Assembly: GCF_029227855.1 (NCBI RefSeq) | Contig: NZ_CP074356.1 | Origin: Escherichia coli | Lineage (GTDB): Bacteria; Pseudomonadota; Gammaproteobacteria; Enterobacterales; Enterobacteriaceae | Length of the DNA stretch: 64,000 nucleotides | Reading direction: 5' to 3' (one strand) | Shown here: piece after piece, positions 11,559 to 23,228 of the stretch | Layout: each line of letters begins with the position of its first letter | How positions within the stretch are numbered: position 1 is the first letter of the stretch | Position numbers and translations under genes: made by a program | Notes under the pieces: model-generated | The model's database searches: none | Told to the model about the DNA's origin: nothing | What the model saw: the letters and a program-made list of their open reading frames with translations, nothing else

Positions 11559-12929
11559 ATGAAAAAATTAACCTGCTTTAAAGCCTATGATATTCGCGGG
11601 AAATTAGGCGAAGAACTGAATGAAGATATTGCCTGGCGTATTGGGCGTGCCTATGGCGAATTTCTCAAACCGAAAACCATTGTGTTAGGCGGTGATGTCC
11701 GCCTCACCAGCGAAACCTTAAAACTGGCGCTGGCAAAAGGTTTACAGGATACGGGCGTCGATGTGCTGGATATTGGCATGTCCGGCACCGAAGAGATCTA
11801 TTTCGCCACGTTCCATCTCGGCGTGGCTGGCGGCATTGAAGTTACCGCCAGCCATAACCCGATGGATTACAACGGCATGAAACTGGTGCGCGAAGGGGCT
11901 CGCCCGATCAGCGGCGATACCGGACTGCGCGACGTCCAGCGTCTGGCAGAAGCCAATGACTTCCCTCCTGTCGATGAAACCAAACGCGGTCGCTATCAGC
12001 AAATCAATCTGCGTGACGCTTACGTTGATCACCTGTTCGGCTATATCAACGTCAAAAACCTCACGCCGCTCAAGCTGGTGATCAACTCCGGGAACGGCGC
12101 GGCGGGGCCGGTGGTGGACGCCATTGAAGCTCGCTTTAAAGCCCTCGGCGCACCCGTGGAATTGATCAAAGTGCACAACACGCCGGACGGGAATTTCCCC
12201 AACGGTATACCTAACCCGCTGCTGCCGGAATGTCGCGACGACACCCGCAATGCGGTCATCAAACACGGCGCGGATATGGGCATTGCTTTTGATGGCGATT
12301 TTGACCGCTGCTTCCTGTTTGACGAAAAAGGGCAGTTTATCGAGGGCTACTACATTGTCGGCCTGCTGGCAGAAGCGTTCCTCGAAAAAAATCCCGGCGC
12401 GAAGATCATCCACGATCCACGTCTCTCCTGGAACACCGTTGATGTGGTGACTGCCGCTGGCGGCACGCCGGTGATGTCGAAAACCGGACACGCCTTTATT
12501 AAAGAACGTATGCGCAAGGAAGACGCCATCTACGGTGGCGAAATGAGCGCTCACCATTACTTCCGCGATTTCGCTTACTGTGACAGCGGCATGATCCCGT
12601 GGCTGCTGGTCGCCGAACTGGTGTGCCTGAAAGGAAAAACGCTGGGCGAACTGGTGCGCGACCGGATGGCGGCGTTTCCGGCAAGCGGTGAGATCAACAG
12701 CAAACTGGCACACCCCGTTGAGGCGATTAACCGCGTGGAACAGCATTTTAGCCGTGAGGCGCTGGCGGTGGATCGCACCGATGGCATCAGCATGACCTTT
12801 GCCGACTGGCGCTTTAACCTGCGCTCCTCCAACACCGAACCGGTGGTGCGGTTGAATGTGGAATCGCGCGGCGATGTACCGCTGATGGAAGCGCGAACGC
12901 GAACTCTGCTGACGTTGCTGAACGAGTAA
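11559..12929 (+). CDS. manB: Phosphomannomutase
   Basis: 456 aa from [14 protein letters not shown]; active-site TASHNP motif; the ORF track's upstream start at 11511 is a likely over-extension. Confidence 0.93.
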   Translation: MKKLTCFKAYDIRGKLGEELNEDIAWRIGRAYGEFLKPKTIVLGGDVRLTSETLKLALAKGLQDTGVDVLDIGMSGTEEIYFATFHLGVAGGIEVTASHNPMDYNGMKLVREGARPISGDTGLRDVQRLAEANDFPPVDETKRGRYQQINLRDAYVDHLFGYINVKNLTPLKLVINSGNGAAGPVVDAIEARFKALGAPVELIKVHNTPDGNFPNGIPNPLLPECRDDTRNAVIKHGADMGIAFDGDFDRCFLFDEKGQFIEGYYIVGLLAEAFLEKNPGAKIIHDPRLSWNTVDVVTAAGGTPVMSKTGHAFIKERMRKEDAIYGGEMSAHHYFRDFAYCDSGMIPWLLVAELVCLKGKTLGELVRDRMAAFPASGEINSKLAHPVEAINRVEQHFSREALAVDRTDGISMTFADWRFNLRSSNTEPVVRLNVESRGDVPLMEARTRTLLTLLNE

Positions 12930-12983
12930 TGTCGGATCTTCCCTTACCCCACTGCGGGTAAGGGGCTAATAACAGGAACAACG

Positions 12984-14378
12984 ATGACAAATCTAAAAAA
13001 GCGCGAGCGAGCGAAAACCAATGCATCGTTAATCTCTATGGTGCAACGCTTTTCAGATATCACCATCATGTTTGCCGGGCTATGGCTGGTTTGCGAAGTC
13101 AGCGGACTGTCATTCCTCTACATGCACCTGTTGGTGGCGCTGATTACGCTGGTGGTGTTCCAGATGCTGGGCGGCATCACCGATTTTTATCGCTCATGGC
13201 GCGGTGTTCGGGCAGCGACAGAATTTGCCCTGCTGCTACAAAACTGGACCTTAAGCGTGATTTTCAGCGCCGGACTGGTGGCGTTCAACAATGATTTCGA
13301 CACGCAACTGAAAATCTGGCTGGCGTGGTATGGGCTGACCAGCATCGGACTGGTGGTTTGCCGTTCGTGTATTCGCATTGGTGCGGGCTGGCTGCGTAAT
13401 CATGGCTATAACAAGCGCATGATTGCGGTGGCGGGGGATTTAGCCGCCGGACAAATGCTGCTTGAGAGCTTCCGTAATCAGCCGTGGTTAGGGTTTGAAG
13501 TGGTGGGCGTTTACCACGACCCGAAACCGGGTGGCGTTTCTAACGACTGGGCGGGTAATCTGCAACAGCTGGTCGAGGATGCGAAAGCGGGCAAGATTCA
13601 TAACGTCTATATCGCGATGCAAATGTGCGACGGCGCACGAGTGAAAAAACTGGTCCATCAACTGGCGGATACCACCTGTTCGGTGCTGCTGATCCCCGAT
13701 GTCTTTACCTTCAACATTCTCCATTCCCGTATCGAAGAGATGAACGGCGTACCGGTGGTGCCGCTGTATGACACGCCGCTTTCCGGGGTTAACCGCCTGC
13801 TCAAACGTGCGGAAGATATTGTGCTGGCGACGCTTATCCTGCTGCTGATCTCCCCGGTGCTGTGCTGCATTGCGCTGGCGGTAAAACTGAGCTCACCGGG
13901 GCCGGTTATTTTCCGCCAGACTCGCTACGGCATGGATGGCAAGCCGATCAAAGTGTGGAAGTTCCGTTCTATGAAAGTGATGGAGAACGACAAAGTGGTG
14001 ACTCAGGCGACGCAGAACGATCCGCGCGTTACTAAAGTGGGGAACTTTCTGCGCCGCACTTCGCTGGATGAACTGCCGCAGTTTATCAATGTGCTGACTG
14101 GCGGGATGTCGATTGTGGGGCCACGTCCGCACGCCGTGGCGCATAACGAACAATATCGCCAGCTCATTGAAGGCTACATGCTGCGCCATAAGGTGAAACC
14201 GGGCATTACCGGCTGGGCGCAGATTAATGGCTGGCGTGGCGAAACCGACACGCTGGAGAAAATGGAAAAACGCGTCGAGTTCGACCTTGAGTACATCCGC
14301 GAATGGAGCGTCTGGTTCGATATCAAAATCGTTTTCCTGACGGTATTCAAAGGCTTCGTTAACAAAGCGGCATATTGA
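12984..14378 (+). CDS. wcaJ: UDP-glucose:undecaprenyl-phosphate glucose-1-phosphate transferase WcaJ
   Basis: 464 aa membrane protein with C-terminal bacterial sugar-transferase domain (PRPHAVAHNEQY...). Confidence 0.93.
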   Translation: MTNLKKRERAKTNASLISMVQRFSDITIMFAGLWLVCEVSGLSFLYMHLLVALITLVVFQMLGGITDFYRSWRGVRAATEFALLLQNWTLSVIFSAGLVAFNNDFDTQLKIWLAWYGLTSIGLVVCRSCIRIGAGWLRNHGYNKRMIAVAGDLAAGQMLLESFRNQPWLGFEVVGVYHDPKPGGVSNDWAGNLQQLVEDAKAGKIHNVYIAMQMCDGARVKKLVHQLADTTCSVLLIPDVFTFNILHSRIEEMNGVPVVPLYDTPLSGVNRLLKRAEDIVLATLILLLISPVLCCIALAVKLSSPGPVIFRQTRYGMDGKPIKVWKFRSMKVMENDKVVTQATQNDPRVTKVGNFLRRTSLDELPQFINVLTGGMSIVGPRPHAVAHNEQYRQLIEGYMLRHKVKPGITGWAQINGWRGETDTLEKMEKRVEFDLEYIREWSVWFDIKIVFLTVFKGFVNKAAY

Positions 14379-14379
14379 T

Positions 14380-15858
14380 ATGAGCTTACGTGAAAAAACC
14401 ATCACCGGCGCGAAGTGGTCGGCGATTGCCACGGTGATCATCATCGGCCTCGGGTTGGTGCAGATGACCGTGCTGGCGCGGATTATCGACAACCACCAGT
14501 TCGGCCTGCTTACCGTGTCTCTGGTGATTATCGCGCTGGCAGATACGCTTTCTGACTTCGGTATCGCTAACTCGATTATTCAGCGAAAAGAAATCAGCCA
14601 CCTTGAACTCACCACGTTGTACTGGTTGAACGTCGGGCTGGGGCTTGTGGTGTGCGTGGCGGTGTTTTTGTTGAGTGATGCCATTGGCGACATGCTGAAT
14701 AACCCGGACCTGGCACCGTTGATTAAAACATTGTCGCTGGCGTTTGTGGTGATCCCCCACGGGCAGCAGTTCCGCGCGTTGATGCAAAAAGAGCTGGAGT
14801 TCAACAAAATTGGCATGATCGAAACCAGCGCGGTGCTGGCGGGCTTCACTTTTACTGTGGTTAGCGCCCATTTCTGGCCGCTGGCAATGACTGCGATCCT
14901 CGGTTATCTGGTCAATAGTGCGGTAAGAACGCTGCTGTTTGGCTACTTTGGCCGCAAAATTTATCGCCCCGGTCTGCACTTCTCGCTGGCGTCGGTAGCA
15001 CCGAACTTACATTTTGGTGCCTGGCTGACGGCGGACAGCATCATCAACTATCTCAACACCAACCTTTCAACGCTGGTGCTGGCGCGTATTCTCGGCGCGG
15101 GCGTGGCAGGGGGATACAACCTGGCGTACAACGTGGCCATTGTGCCGCCGATGAAGCTGAACCCAATCATCACCCGCGTGTTGTTTCCGGCATTTGCCAA
15201 AATTCAGGACGACACCGAAAAGCTGCGCGTCAACTTCTACAAGCTGCTGTCGGTGGTGGGGATTATCAACTTTCCGGCGCTGCTGGGGCTGATGGTGGTG
15301 TCGAATAACTTTGTACCGCTGGTCTTTGGTGAGAAGTGGAACAGCATTATTCCGGTGCTGCAATTGCTGTGTGTGGTGGGTCTGCTGCGTTCCGTGGGTA
15401 ACCCGATTGGTTCGCTGCTGATGGCTAAAGCGCGGGTCGATATCAGCTTTAAATTCAACGTATTCAAAACCTTTCTGTTTATTCCGGCGATTGTTATAGG
15501 TGGGCAGATGGCGGGCGCAATCGGCGTCACGCTCGGCTTCCTGCTGGTGCAGATTATCAACACCATTCTGAGCTATTTCGTGATGATTAAACCGGTTCTT
15601 GGTTCCAGTTATCGCCAGTACATCCTGAGTTTATGGCTGCCGTTTTATCTCTCGCTGCCGACGCTGGTGGTCAGTTATGCGCTGGGCATTGTGCTGAAAG
15701 GGCAACTGGCGCTGGGGATGCTGCTGGCGGTGCAAATAGCCGCGGGCGTGCTGGCGTTTGTGGTGATGATTGTGCTGTCGCGCCATCCGCTGGTGGTGGA
15801 GGTGAAGCGTCAGTTTTGTCGCAGCGAAAAAATGAAAATGCTTTTACGGGCGGGGTGA
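14380..15858 (+). CDS. wzxC: Colanic acid repeat-unit flippase WzxC
   Basis: 492 aa polytopic membrane protein; position after wcaJ. Confidence 0.92.
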   Translation: MSLREKTITGAKWSAIATVIIIGLGLVQMTVLARIIDNHQFGLLTVSLVIIALADTLSDFGIANSIIQRKEISHLELTTLYWLNVGLGLVVCVAVFLLSDAIGDMLNNPDLAPLIKTLSLAFVVIPHGQQFRALMQKELEFNKIGMIETSAVLAGFTFTVVSAHFWPLAMTAILGYLVNSAVRTLLFGYFGRKIYRPGLHFSLASVAPNLHFGAWLTADSIINYLNTNLSTLVLARILGAGVAGGYNLAYNVAIVPPMKLNPIITRVLFPAFAKIQDDTEKLRVNFYKLLSVVGIINFPALLGLMVVSNNFVPLVFGEKWNSIIPVLQLLCVVGLLRSVGNPIGSLLMAKARVDISFKFNVFKTFLFIPAIVIGGQMAGAIGVTLGFLLVQIINTILSYFVMIKPVLGSSYRQYILSLWLPFYLSLPTLVVSYALGIVLKGQLALGMLLAVQIAAGVLAFVVMIVLSRHPLVVEVKRQFCRSEKMKMLLRAG

Positions 15859-15929
15859 ATGGTTGTTTTAGGCTCCGGCAATAAAAACAACAACATAACC
15901 TCACCTGGCACCAAATTTATGAGGAAAAA

Positions 15930-17210
15930 ATGAAATTACTGATTCTGGGCAACCACACTTGCGGCAACCGCGGCGACAGCGCCATCTTGCGCGGCTTACT
16001 TGATGCCATCAACATCCTCAATCCACATGCCGAAGTGGACGTAATGAGCCGCTATCCGGTCAGTTCTTCCTGGCTGCTCAACCGCCCGGTAATGGGCGAT
16101 CCGCTGTTCCTGCAAATGAAACAACACAACAGCGCGGCGGGCGTTGTCGGGCGCGTTAAAAAAGTCCTCCGTCGCCGCTACCAGCATCAGGTATTGCTCT
16201 CACGCGTCACCGACACTGGCAAGCTGCGTAATATCGCCATCGCCCAGGGATTCACCGACTTCGTGCGCTTGCTGTCAGGTTACGACGCCATTATTCAGGT
16301 CGGCGGATCGTTTTTTGTCGATCTCTATGGTGTGCCGCAGTTTGAACACGCACTTTGCACGTTTATGGCGAAAAAGCCGCTGTTTATGATTGGTCACAGC
16401 GTCGGTCCCTTCCTGGATGAGCAATTTAACCAACTGGCAAACTACGTTTTTGGTCACTGCGACGCGCTGATCCTGCGCGAATCGGTCAGCCTTGATTTGA
16501 TGAAACGCAGCAATATCACTACCGCAAAAGTTGAACATGGCGTCGATACCGCGTGGCTGGTCGATCACCACATAGAAGATTTCACCGCCAGCTATGCCGT
16601 CCAACACTGGCTGGACGTTGCCGCACAACAGAAAACGGTAGCAATTACCTTGCGCGAACTGGCACCGTTCGACAAACGTCTCGGCACCACTCAACAAGCG
16701 TATGAAAAAGCCTTTGCCGGGGTGGTCAATCACATTCTCGACGAAGGGTATCAGGTGATTGCGCTCTCCACCTGTACGGGCATCGACAGCTATAACAAAG
16801 ACGACCGCATGGTGGCGCTCAACCTGCGCCAGCACATCAGCGATCCTGCCCGTTACCACGTAGTGATGGATGAACTCAACGATCTGGAAATGGGCAAAAT
16901 TCTCGGTGCCTGTGAACTCACCGTCGGCACGCGCCTGCACTCAGCCATTATCTCGATGAACTTTGCCACTCCGGCGATTGCCATCAACTACGAACATAAA
17001 TCCGCCGGGATCATGCAGCAGTTGGGGCTGCAAGAGATGGCGATTGATATCCGTCATTTACTGGACGGCAGCTTGCAAGCGATGGTTGCGGATACCTTAG
17101 GCCAGCTTCCGGTGCTGAACGCACGACTTAGCGAAGCCGTCAGTCGTGAGCGTCAGACAGGAATGCAGATGGTGCAGTCCGTACTGGAACGCATCGGGGA
17201 GGTGAAATGA
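15930..17210 (+). CDS. wcaK: Colanic acid biosynthesis pyruvyl transferase WcaK
   Basis: 426 aa ORF; matches recalled WcaK. Confidence 0.9.
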   Translation: MKLLILGNHTCGNRGDSAILRGLLDAINILNPHAEVDVMSRYPVSSSWLLNRPVMGDPLFLQMKQHNSAAGVVGRVKKVLRRRYQHQVLLSRVTDTGKLRNIAIAQGFTDFVRLLSGYDAIIQVGGSFFVDLYGVPQFEHALCTFMAKKPLFMIGHSVGPFLDEQFNQLANYVFGHCDALILRESVSLDLMKRSNITTAKVEHGVDTAWLVDHHIEDFTASYAVQHWLDVAAQQKTVAITLRELAPFDKRLGTTQQAYEKAFAGVVNHILDEGYQVIALSTCTGIDSYNKDDRMVALNLRQHISDPARYHVVMDELNDLEMGKILGACELTVGTRLHSAIISMNFATPAIAINYEHKSAGIMQQLGLQEMAIDIRHLLDGSLQAMVADTLGQLPVLNARLSEAVSRERQTGMQMVQSVLERIGEVK

Positions 17211-18427
17211 AGGTCGGCTTCTTTTTACTGAAATTCCCGCTGTCTTCGGAAACCTTCGTCCTCAACCAAATCACTGCGTTTATTGATATGGGCTTTGAGG
17301 TGGAGATTGTCGCGCTGCAAAAAGGCGATACAGAGAACACCCACGCGGCATGGACGAAATACAACCTTGCCGCCAGAACCCGCTGGTTACAGGACGAACC
17401 TACGGGCAAAGTGGCGAAGCTGCGCCACCGCGTCAGCCAGACGTTACGTGGCATTCATCGTAAAAATACCTGGCAGGCGCTCAACCTCAAACGCTATGGT
17501 GCCGAGTCGCGGAACCTGATTTTGTCTGCCATTTGCGGCCAGGTCGCAACACCGTTTCGCGCCGATGTGTTCATCGCTCATTTTGGCCCGGCGGGGGTAA
17601 CCGCAGCAAAACTACGGGAACTGGGTGTCATTCGCGGCAAAATTGCCACTATCTTCCACGGCATTGATATCTCCAGTCGGGAAGTGCTCAACCACTACAC
17701 TCCCGAATATCAGCAACTGTTCCGCCGTGGCGACCTGATGCTACCGATCAGCGATCTTTGGGCCGGAAGGCTGCAAAAAATGGGCTGCCCGAGGGAAAAA
17801 ATTGCCGTATCGCGCATGGGCGTGGACATGACGCGCTTTAGCCCGCGTCCGGTGAAAGCGCCCGCAACGCCGCTGGAAATCATATCCGTCGCACGCTTAA
17901 CCGAGAAAAAAGGTCTGCATGTAGCGATTGAAGCCTGCCGTCAGTTGAAAGAGCAGGGCGTGGCATTTCGTTATCGCATCCTCGGCATTGGCCCGTGGGA
18001 ACGACGCCTGCGCACCCTCATCGAACAATATCAACTGGAAGATGTGGTAGAGATGCCGGGCTTTAAACCGAGCCACGAAGTGAAAGAGATGCTCGATGAC
18101 GCGGATGTTTTCCTGCTGCCTTCGGTAACGGGTGCGGATGGCGATATGGAAGGCATTCCAGTGGCGCTAATGGAAGCGATGGCGGTCGGCATTCCGGTGG
18201 TTTCTACTCTGCATAGCGGAATACCGGAACTAGTGGAGGCTGACAAATCCGGCTGGCTGGTGCCTGAGAACGATGCTCGCGCACTGGCACAACGTCTGGC
18301 GGCATTTAGCCAACTGGACACTGACGAACTGGCTCCGGTCGTCAAACGTGCGCGCGAAAAAGTCGAACACGATTTTAACCAGCAGGTGATTAATCGAGAA
18401 CTCGCCAGTTTGTTACAGGCTTTATAG
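17207..18427 (+). CDS. wcaL: Colanic acid biosynthesis glycosyltransferase WcaL (GT4)
   Basis: 406 aa ORF; start overlaps wcaK stop. Confidence 0.9.
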   Translation: MKVGFFLLKFPLSSETFVLNQITAFIDMGFEVEIVALQKGDTENTHAAWTKYNLAARTRWLQDEPTGKVAKLRHRVSQTLRGIHRKNTWQALNLKRYGAESRNLILSAICGQVATPFRADVFIAHFGPAGVTAAKLRELGVIRGKIATIFHGIDISSREVLNHYTPEYQQLFRRGDLMLPISDLWAGRLQKMGCPREKIAVSRMGVDMTRFSPRPVKAPATPLEIISVARLTEKKGLHVAIEACRQLKEQGVAFRYRILGIGPWERRLRTLIEQYQLEDVVEMPGFKPSHEVKEMLDDADVFLLPSVTGADGDMEGIPVALMEAMAVGIPVVSTLHSGIPELVEADKSGWLVPENDARALAQRLAAFSQLDTDELAPVVKRAREKVEHDFNQQVINRELASLLQAL

Positions 18428-18437
18428 AGGAGAACGC

Positions 18438-19832
18438 ATGCCATTTAAAAAACTCTCCCGACGCACCTTCCTGACGGCAAGCTCGGCGCTTGCCTTCCTC
18501 CATACCCCTTTCGCCCGTGCACTTCCTGCCCGAGCAAGCGTTAACATTAACGATTACAATCCACACGACTGGATTGCTTCATTTAAACAAGCCTTCAGCG
18601 AAGGGCAAACGGTCGTCGTGCCTGCCGGATTGGTTTGCGACAATATCAACACCGACATCTTCATTCCTGCAGGTAAAACGTTACACATCCTTGGAAGCCT
18701 GCGCGGCAACGGCAGAGGGCGATTTGTCTTACAGGACGGCAGCCAGGTGACAGGGGAGGAGGGCGGCAGTATGCATAACATCACCCTGGATGTGCGTGGT
18801 TCTGACTGCACCATCAAAGGGCTGGCGATGAGCGGCTTTGGTCCGGTAACGCAGATTTATATCGGCGGCAAAAACAAACGGGTCATGCGCAACCTGACCA
18901 TCGATAACCTGACCGTTAGCCACGCTAATTACGCCATCTTACGCCAGGGATTTCATAACCAGATTATCGGTGCCAACATCACCAACTGTAAGTTCAGCGA
19001 CTTACAGGGCGACGCCATTGAATGGAACGTGGCGATTAACGACCGTGATATTTTGATATCCGACCACATCATCGAGCGCATCAACTGTACCAACGGCAAA
19101 ATCAACTGGGGCATCGGCATAGGCCTTGCGGGGAGTACTTATGATAATAACTACCCGGAAGACCAGGCAGTGAAAAACTTTGTCGTGGCGAATATCACGG
19201 GATCGGATTGTCGACAGTTGATCCATGTTGAAAATGGTAAACATTTTGTTATTCGTAATATCAAAGCCCGCAATATCACGCCGGATTTCAGTAAGAAAGC
19301 AGGTATTGATAACGCCACAGTTGCTATTTATGGTTGTGACAACTTTGTGATTGATAATATTGAAATGATTAATAGTGCCGGGATGTTAATCGGCTATGGG
19401 GTAATTAAAGGCAAATATCTCTCGATACCGCAGAATTTCCGGGTGAATAATATTCAACTGGATAATACTCATCTTGCTTATAAATTGCGCGGCATTCAAA
19501 TCTCCGCCGGGAATGCTGTCTCCTTTGTGGCGCTGACTAACATTGAGATGAAGCGTGCCTCGCTTGAGCTACACAATAAACCGCAACACCTTTTTATGCG
19601 TAATATCAAGGTGATGCAGGAATCCGCAGTTGGACCCGCATTGAGCATGAACTTCGACATGCGCAAAGACGTTCGCGGCGTGTTTATGGCGAAAAAAGAA
19701 ACACTGCTATCTCTTGCAAATGTTCATGCGGTGAATGAAAAAGGACAAAGCTCGGTCGATATCGACAGGATTAATCACCATATTGTTAATGTGGAAAAGA
19801 TTAACTTTAGATTGCCGGAACGGAGAGAGTAG
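18438..19832 (+). CDS. wcaM: Colanic acid biosynthesis protein WcaM (twin-arginine-type signal, predicted beta-helix)
   Basis: 464 aa ORF; N-terminus [15 protein letters not shown] resembles a Tat signal; last gene of the cluster. Confidence 0.9.
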   Translation: MPFKKLSRRTFLTASSALAFLHTPFARALPARASVNINDYNPHDWIASFKQAFSEGQTVVVPAGLVCDNINTDIFIPAGKTLHILGSLRGNGRGRFVLQDGSQVTGEEGGSMHNITLDVRGSDCTIKGLAMSGFGPVTQIYIGGKNKRVMRNLTIDNLTVSHANYAILRQGFHNQIIGANITNCKFSDLQGDAIEWNVAINDRDILISDHIIERINCTNGKINWGIGIGLAGSTYDNNYPEDQAVKNFVVANITGSDCRQLIHVENGKHFVIRNIKARNITPDFSKKAGIDNATVAIYGCDNFVIDNIEMINSAGMLIGYGVIKGKYLSIPQNFRVNNIQLDNTHLAYKLRGIQISAGNAVSFVALTNIEMKRASLELHNKPQHLFMRNIKVMQESAVGPALSMNFDMRKDVRGVFMAKKETLLSLANVHAVNEKGQSSVDIDRINHHIVNVEKINFRLPERRE

Positions 19833-20006
19833 ATTTGCGACCATTCCTGGAAAAATGGAGCCATACTTAGGAACAATGCTACTGCAATCCACAACGAAGC
19901 GGCGTAACATTACAAGTAATTCAGTAATCAATTCAGGGTAATTGATGCTGGCGAAAAAAATCGAACAAGCTATAATTCAGCAACCATTTTACAGGTGGAT
20001 GAAATA

Positions 20007-20900
20007 ATGACGAATTTAAAAGCAGTTATTCCTGTAGCGGGTCTTGGGATGCATATGTTGCCTGCCACTAAGGCGATTCCCAAAGAGATGCTACCCATCG
20101 TCGACAAGCCAATGATTCAGTACATTGTTGACGAGATTGTGGCTGCAGGGATCAAAGAAATCCTCCTGGTAACTCACGCGTCCAAGAACGCGGTCGAAAA
20201 CCACTTCGACACCTCTTATGAATTAGAATCTCTCCTTGAGCAGCGCGTGAAGCGTCAACTGCTTGCGGAAGTGCAGTCCATCTGTCCTCCGGGCGTGACC
20301 ATTATGAACGTGCGTCAGGGCGAACCTTTAGGTTTAGGCCACTCCATTTTATGTGCACGACCTGCTATTGGTGACAACCCATTTGTCGTGGTGCTGCCAG
20401 ACGTTGTGATCGACGACGCGAGTGCCGACCCGCTGCGTTACAACCTTGCTGCCATGATTGCGCGCTTCAACGAAACGGGCCGCAGCCAGGTGCTGGCAAA
20501 ACGTATGCCGGGTGACCTCTCTGAATACTCTGTCATCCAGACCAAAGAGCCGCTGGACCGTGAAGGTAAGGTCAGCCGCATTGTTGAATTTATCGAAAAA
20601 CCAGATCAGCCGCAGACGCTGGACTCAGACATCATGGCCGTTGGCCGCTATGTGCTTTCTGCCGATATTTGGCCGGAGCTAGAACGCACTCAGCCTGGTG
20701 CATGGGGACGTATCCAACTGACAGATGCTATTGCCGAACTGGCGAAAAAACAGTCCGTTGAAGCCATGCTGATGACCGGCGACAGTTACGACTGCGGTAA
20801 AAAAATGGGTTATATGCAAGCGTTCGTGAAGTATGGACTACGCAACCTGAAAGAAGGGGCGAAGTTCCGTAAAGGGATTGAGAAGCTGTTAAGCGAATAA
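20007..20900 (+). CDS. galF: UTP-glucose-1-phosphate uridylyltransferase regulatory subunit GalF
   Basis: 297 aa from [30 protein letters not shown]; matches recalled GalF. Confidence 0.95.
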   Translation: MTNLKAVIPVAGLGMHMLPATKAIPKEMLPIVDKPMIQYIVDEIVAAGIKEILLVTHASKNAVENHFDTSYELESLLEQRVKRQLLAEVQSICPPGVTIMNVRQGEPLGLGHSILCARPAIGDNPFVVVLPDVVIDDASADPLRYNLAAMIARFNETGRSQVLAKRMPGDLSEYSVIQTKEPLDREGKVSRIVEFIEKPDQPQTLDSDIMAVGRYVLSADIWPELERTQPGAWGRIQLTDAIAELAKKQSVEAMLMTGDSYDCGKKMGYMQAFVKYGLRNLKEGAKFRKGIEKLLSE

Positions 20901-21157
20901 TGAAAATCTAACCGAATGTAACGGTTGATAAGAAAATTGTAACGGCAGTGAGGATTCGTGGCGAAAGTAATTGTTGCGAATATTCCTGCCGTTGTTTTAT
21001 ATAAACAATCAGAATAACAACGAGTTAGCAATAGGATTTTAGTCAAAGTTTTCCAGGATTTTCCTTGTTTCCAGAGCGGATTGGTAAGACAATTAGCGTT
21101 TGAATTTTTCGGGTTTAGCGCGAGTGGGTAACGCTCGTCACATCGTAGACATGCATG

Positions 21158-21196
21158 CAGTACTCTGGTAGCTGTAAAGCCAGGGGCGGTAGCGTG
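21158..21196 (+). promoter_or_regulatory. JUMPStart element with ops (RfaH-dependent antitermination) upstream of the O-antigen cluster
   Basis: cagtactctggtagctgtaaagccaggggcggtagcgtg contains the ops core GGCGGTAGCGTG at 21185..21196. Confidence 0.85.
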
Positions 21197-21336
21197 TCTA
21201 GTTCAATCCGAGTAAATTAAAAATAATAGTTTTGGAAAAATTGTCTTTATAATGTTAACAAAGCAAGAGTAGGTAATACATATCGTTTTGACATGTATTG
21301 CACTTAAAGAAAACATATCAATTAAATTATCATACT

Positions 21337-22362
21337 ATGCTTATTTACAATACAATATTTGTCTTTTTATCATTTCTTGCACTTTTAGATTTAAGTCATA
21401 AAAAAAATTTGTTATTTTTTTTATTTCCTTGTTTTATATTACTACTGTTAACTGCTATTCGTGGTAATGGAGGAGATGATTTTTATGTGTATGAAAAATA
21501 TTTTAACGCTCTTCCTAATGAAATTTTTAACTATGGATATGGTTATTATAGTTTAAATATGTTTGTTAAAAATTTTGGAGAGTATCCTTTTTTTATTATC
21601 ATTTCATCAATAATATGCATAACTCTTCAGGCAATTTTTATTTATCGTGAGACTGAAAAACCAACTCTGGTTTTGTTTTTATTTTATTCAACTAGCTTTT
21701 TATGGTTGGATTTTATTTTAATTAGGCAGTCAATTTCCGTTGGTTTTTTTATTTTGGCAATATCATTTTTCAAAAATAATAAAAAAATTTTTGCCTGTCT
21801 GTTTTTGATTCTATCTTCATTATTTCATGAGACCGCTATTTTTGCTGGAGTAGTTTTTTATATTTTATACAGAGCCGAGAAGGCAGGTTTTCTTTTTACA
21901 ATTGGCTCGGTATTAATTATTGCACCATTTTTATCTGATATAATCACTATCATAAATGATATGACGATAAAAAATAATAATATAACTCTCTATCTGGAGC
22001 AGCGTACCTTACCAAGCATTGCAAATGTAATTGAGTTAACAATAGCATTTGTTGCATTTTATATAATTAATAAAAATTCCGTGTTTAGAGAGAGTAATGA
22101 GTATAAAATATATAAAAGTATACTATATTCTTCACTATGCATACTATTATTGTCTTATACAATCCCATCATTGGCTAGATTCCTAGAATTTTTTCGTTTT
22201 TTTTACTTCATTTTAGTAGTTAGAATGCTAATGCAATTTAATGTGAGAAGTAGATATCTTTTTTTTGTAATTATACTAGCGTACTGTTTTATGAGACTTA
22301 ATAGCTTCATAAATCAATTTGATTCTGGTTTTGATTATATTTATAATGGAAAAATACTGTGA
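21337..22362 (+). CDS. wzy: Putative O-antigen polymerase Wzy (EpsG-like polytopic membrane protein)
   Basis: Very hydrophobic AT-rich ORF; N-terminal RGNGGDDFYVYEKYF resembles the EpsG/Wzy family; ATG at 21337 chosen over the TTG at 21298. Confidence 0.55.
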   Translation: MLIYNTIFVFLSFLALLDLSHKKNLLFFLFPCFILLLLTAIRGNGGDDFYVYEKYFNALPNEIFNYGYGYYSLNMFVKNFGEYPFFIIISSIICITLQAIFIYRETEKPTLVLFLFYSTSFLWLDFILIRQSISVGFFILAISFFKNNKKIFACLFLILSSLFHETAIFAGVVFYILYRAEKAGFLFTIGSVLIIAPFLSDIITIINDMTIKNNNITLYLEQRTLPSIANVIELTIAFVAFYIINKNSVFRESNEYKIYKSILYSSLCILLLSYTIPSLARFLEFFRFFYFILVVRMLMQFNVRSRYLFFVIILAYCFMRLNSFINQFDSGFDYIYNGKIL

Positions 22363-23228
22363 CTATATTATTTTCTGTTATTACTCCTACCTATAATAGG
22401 GCAGATGAGTTAAGCTCATTGTTCAAAAGTCTTAATAATCAAGAGGGTATCGAATTCGAATGGGTGATAATTGATGATGGTTCTGAAGATCATACACAAC
22501 AACAAGTTAATGACTTCAAAAAACATAATAAAAACATCACAGATATAAAATATTTTTATCAAGAGAATAAAGGTAAAAATTCTGCTGTAATTAGAGGGAT
22601 TCAGAATGCTTCCGGCGATTATATTGTGGTGATTGATAGCGATGATTATTTATTGGATGATGCTTTAATAAGAGTAAAAAATATATTAGATGAAGAGAGT
22701 GTTAATGGCGATGATAAAATAATTGGCATTTCAGGTGTTAAAGTTAAAAGTGATTTCACACCTGTAAGTTATATTAGCAACTCTTCGGCATTGCGAATGA
22801 GTCATTATGAGTGGTTTTATAAGTTTCAGCGGTTAGGTGATCGGATTGACTTTTATAAAGCCCGAGTGCTTAAAGAGAAAATATTTAATGCATTTCCAAA
22901 GGAAAAGTTTATTACAGAAGACGCATATTGGTTGGACCTCGTTGGGGAAAAAATTTTCATAAATGAACCGTTATTAGTAATAAAATATTTAGAGGGAGGG
23001 CTTAGTTCAAGTTACTCATTACTCCTGCGAAACAGTCCTTTTGGAACATCATATTATTATTATATTCTATTAATTAATGCTGATAATTTTAAAACAAAAC
23101 TTAAAGCATCATTATTGATGATGTACTATATATTTGTTACCATATTAAAAAATAGTAATATAGTAATTGGGTTATTGTCACTCATGTTATTTCCAATCTT
23201 ATGTATAATAAAATTCTTTCGAAGCTAA
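22359..23228 (+). CDS. Glycosyltransferase family 2 (O-antigen)
   Basis: 289 aa; SVITPTYNRADEL and DSDD motifs typical of GT2; GTG start overlapping the wzy stop. Confidence 0.75.
   Translation: MTILFSVITPTYNRADELSSLFKSLNNQEGIEFEWVIIDDGSEDHTQQQVNDFKKHNKNITDIKYFYQENKGKNSAVIRGIQNASGDYIVVIDSDDYLLDDALIRVKNILDEESVNGDDKIIGISGVKVKSDFTPVSYISNSSALRMSHYEWFYKFQRLGDRIDFYKARVLKEKIFNAFPKEKFITEDAYWLDLVGEKIFINEPLLVIKYLEGGLSSSYSLLLRNSPFGTSYYYYILLINADNFKTKLKASLLMMYYIFVTILKNSNIVIGLLSLMLFPILCIIKFFRS

Noticed and set aside
11742-12746. 334-aa ORF antisense to manB
   Set aside because: Fully embedded in the phosphomannomutase gene; composition is typical of an antisense artefact; no recognisable domain.
16275-16940. 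221-aa ORF antisense to wcaK
   Set aside because: Embedded antisense ORF without independent signals.
21298-21336. TTG start extending wzy upstream
   Set aside because: The first ATG at 21337 is preferred; the extension adds a hydrophilic N-terminus with no support. It remains uncertain without homologue alignment.
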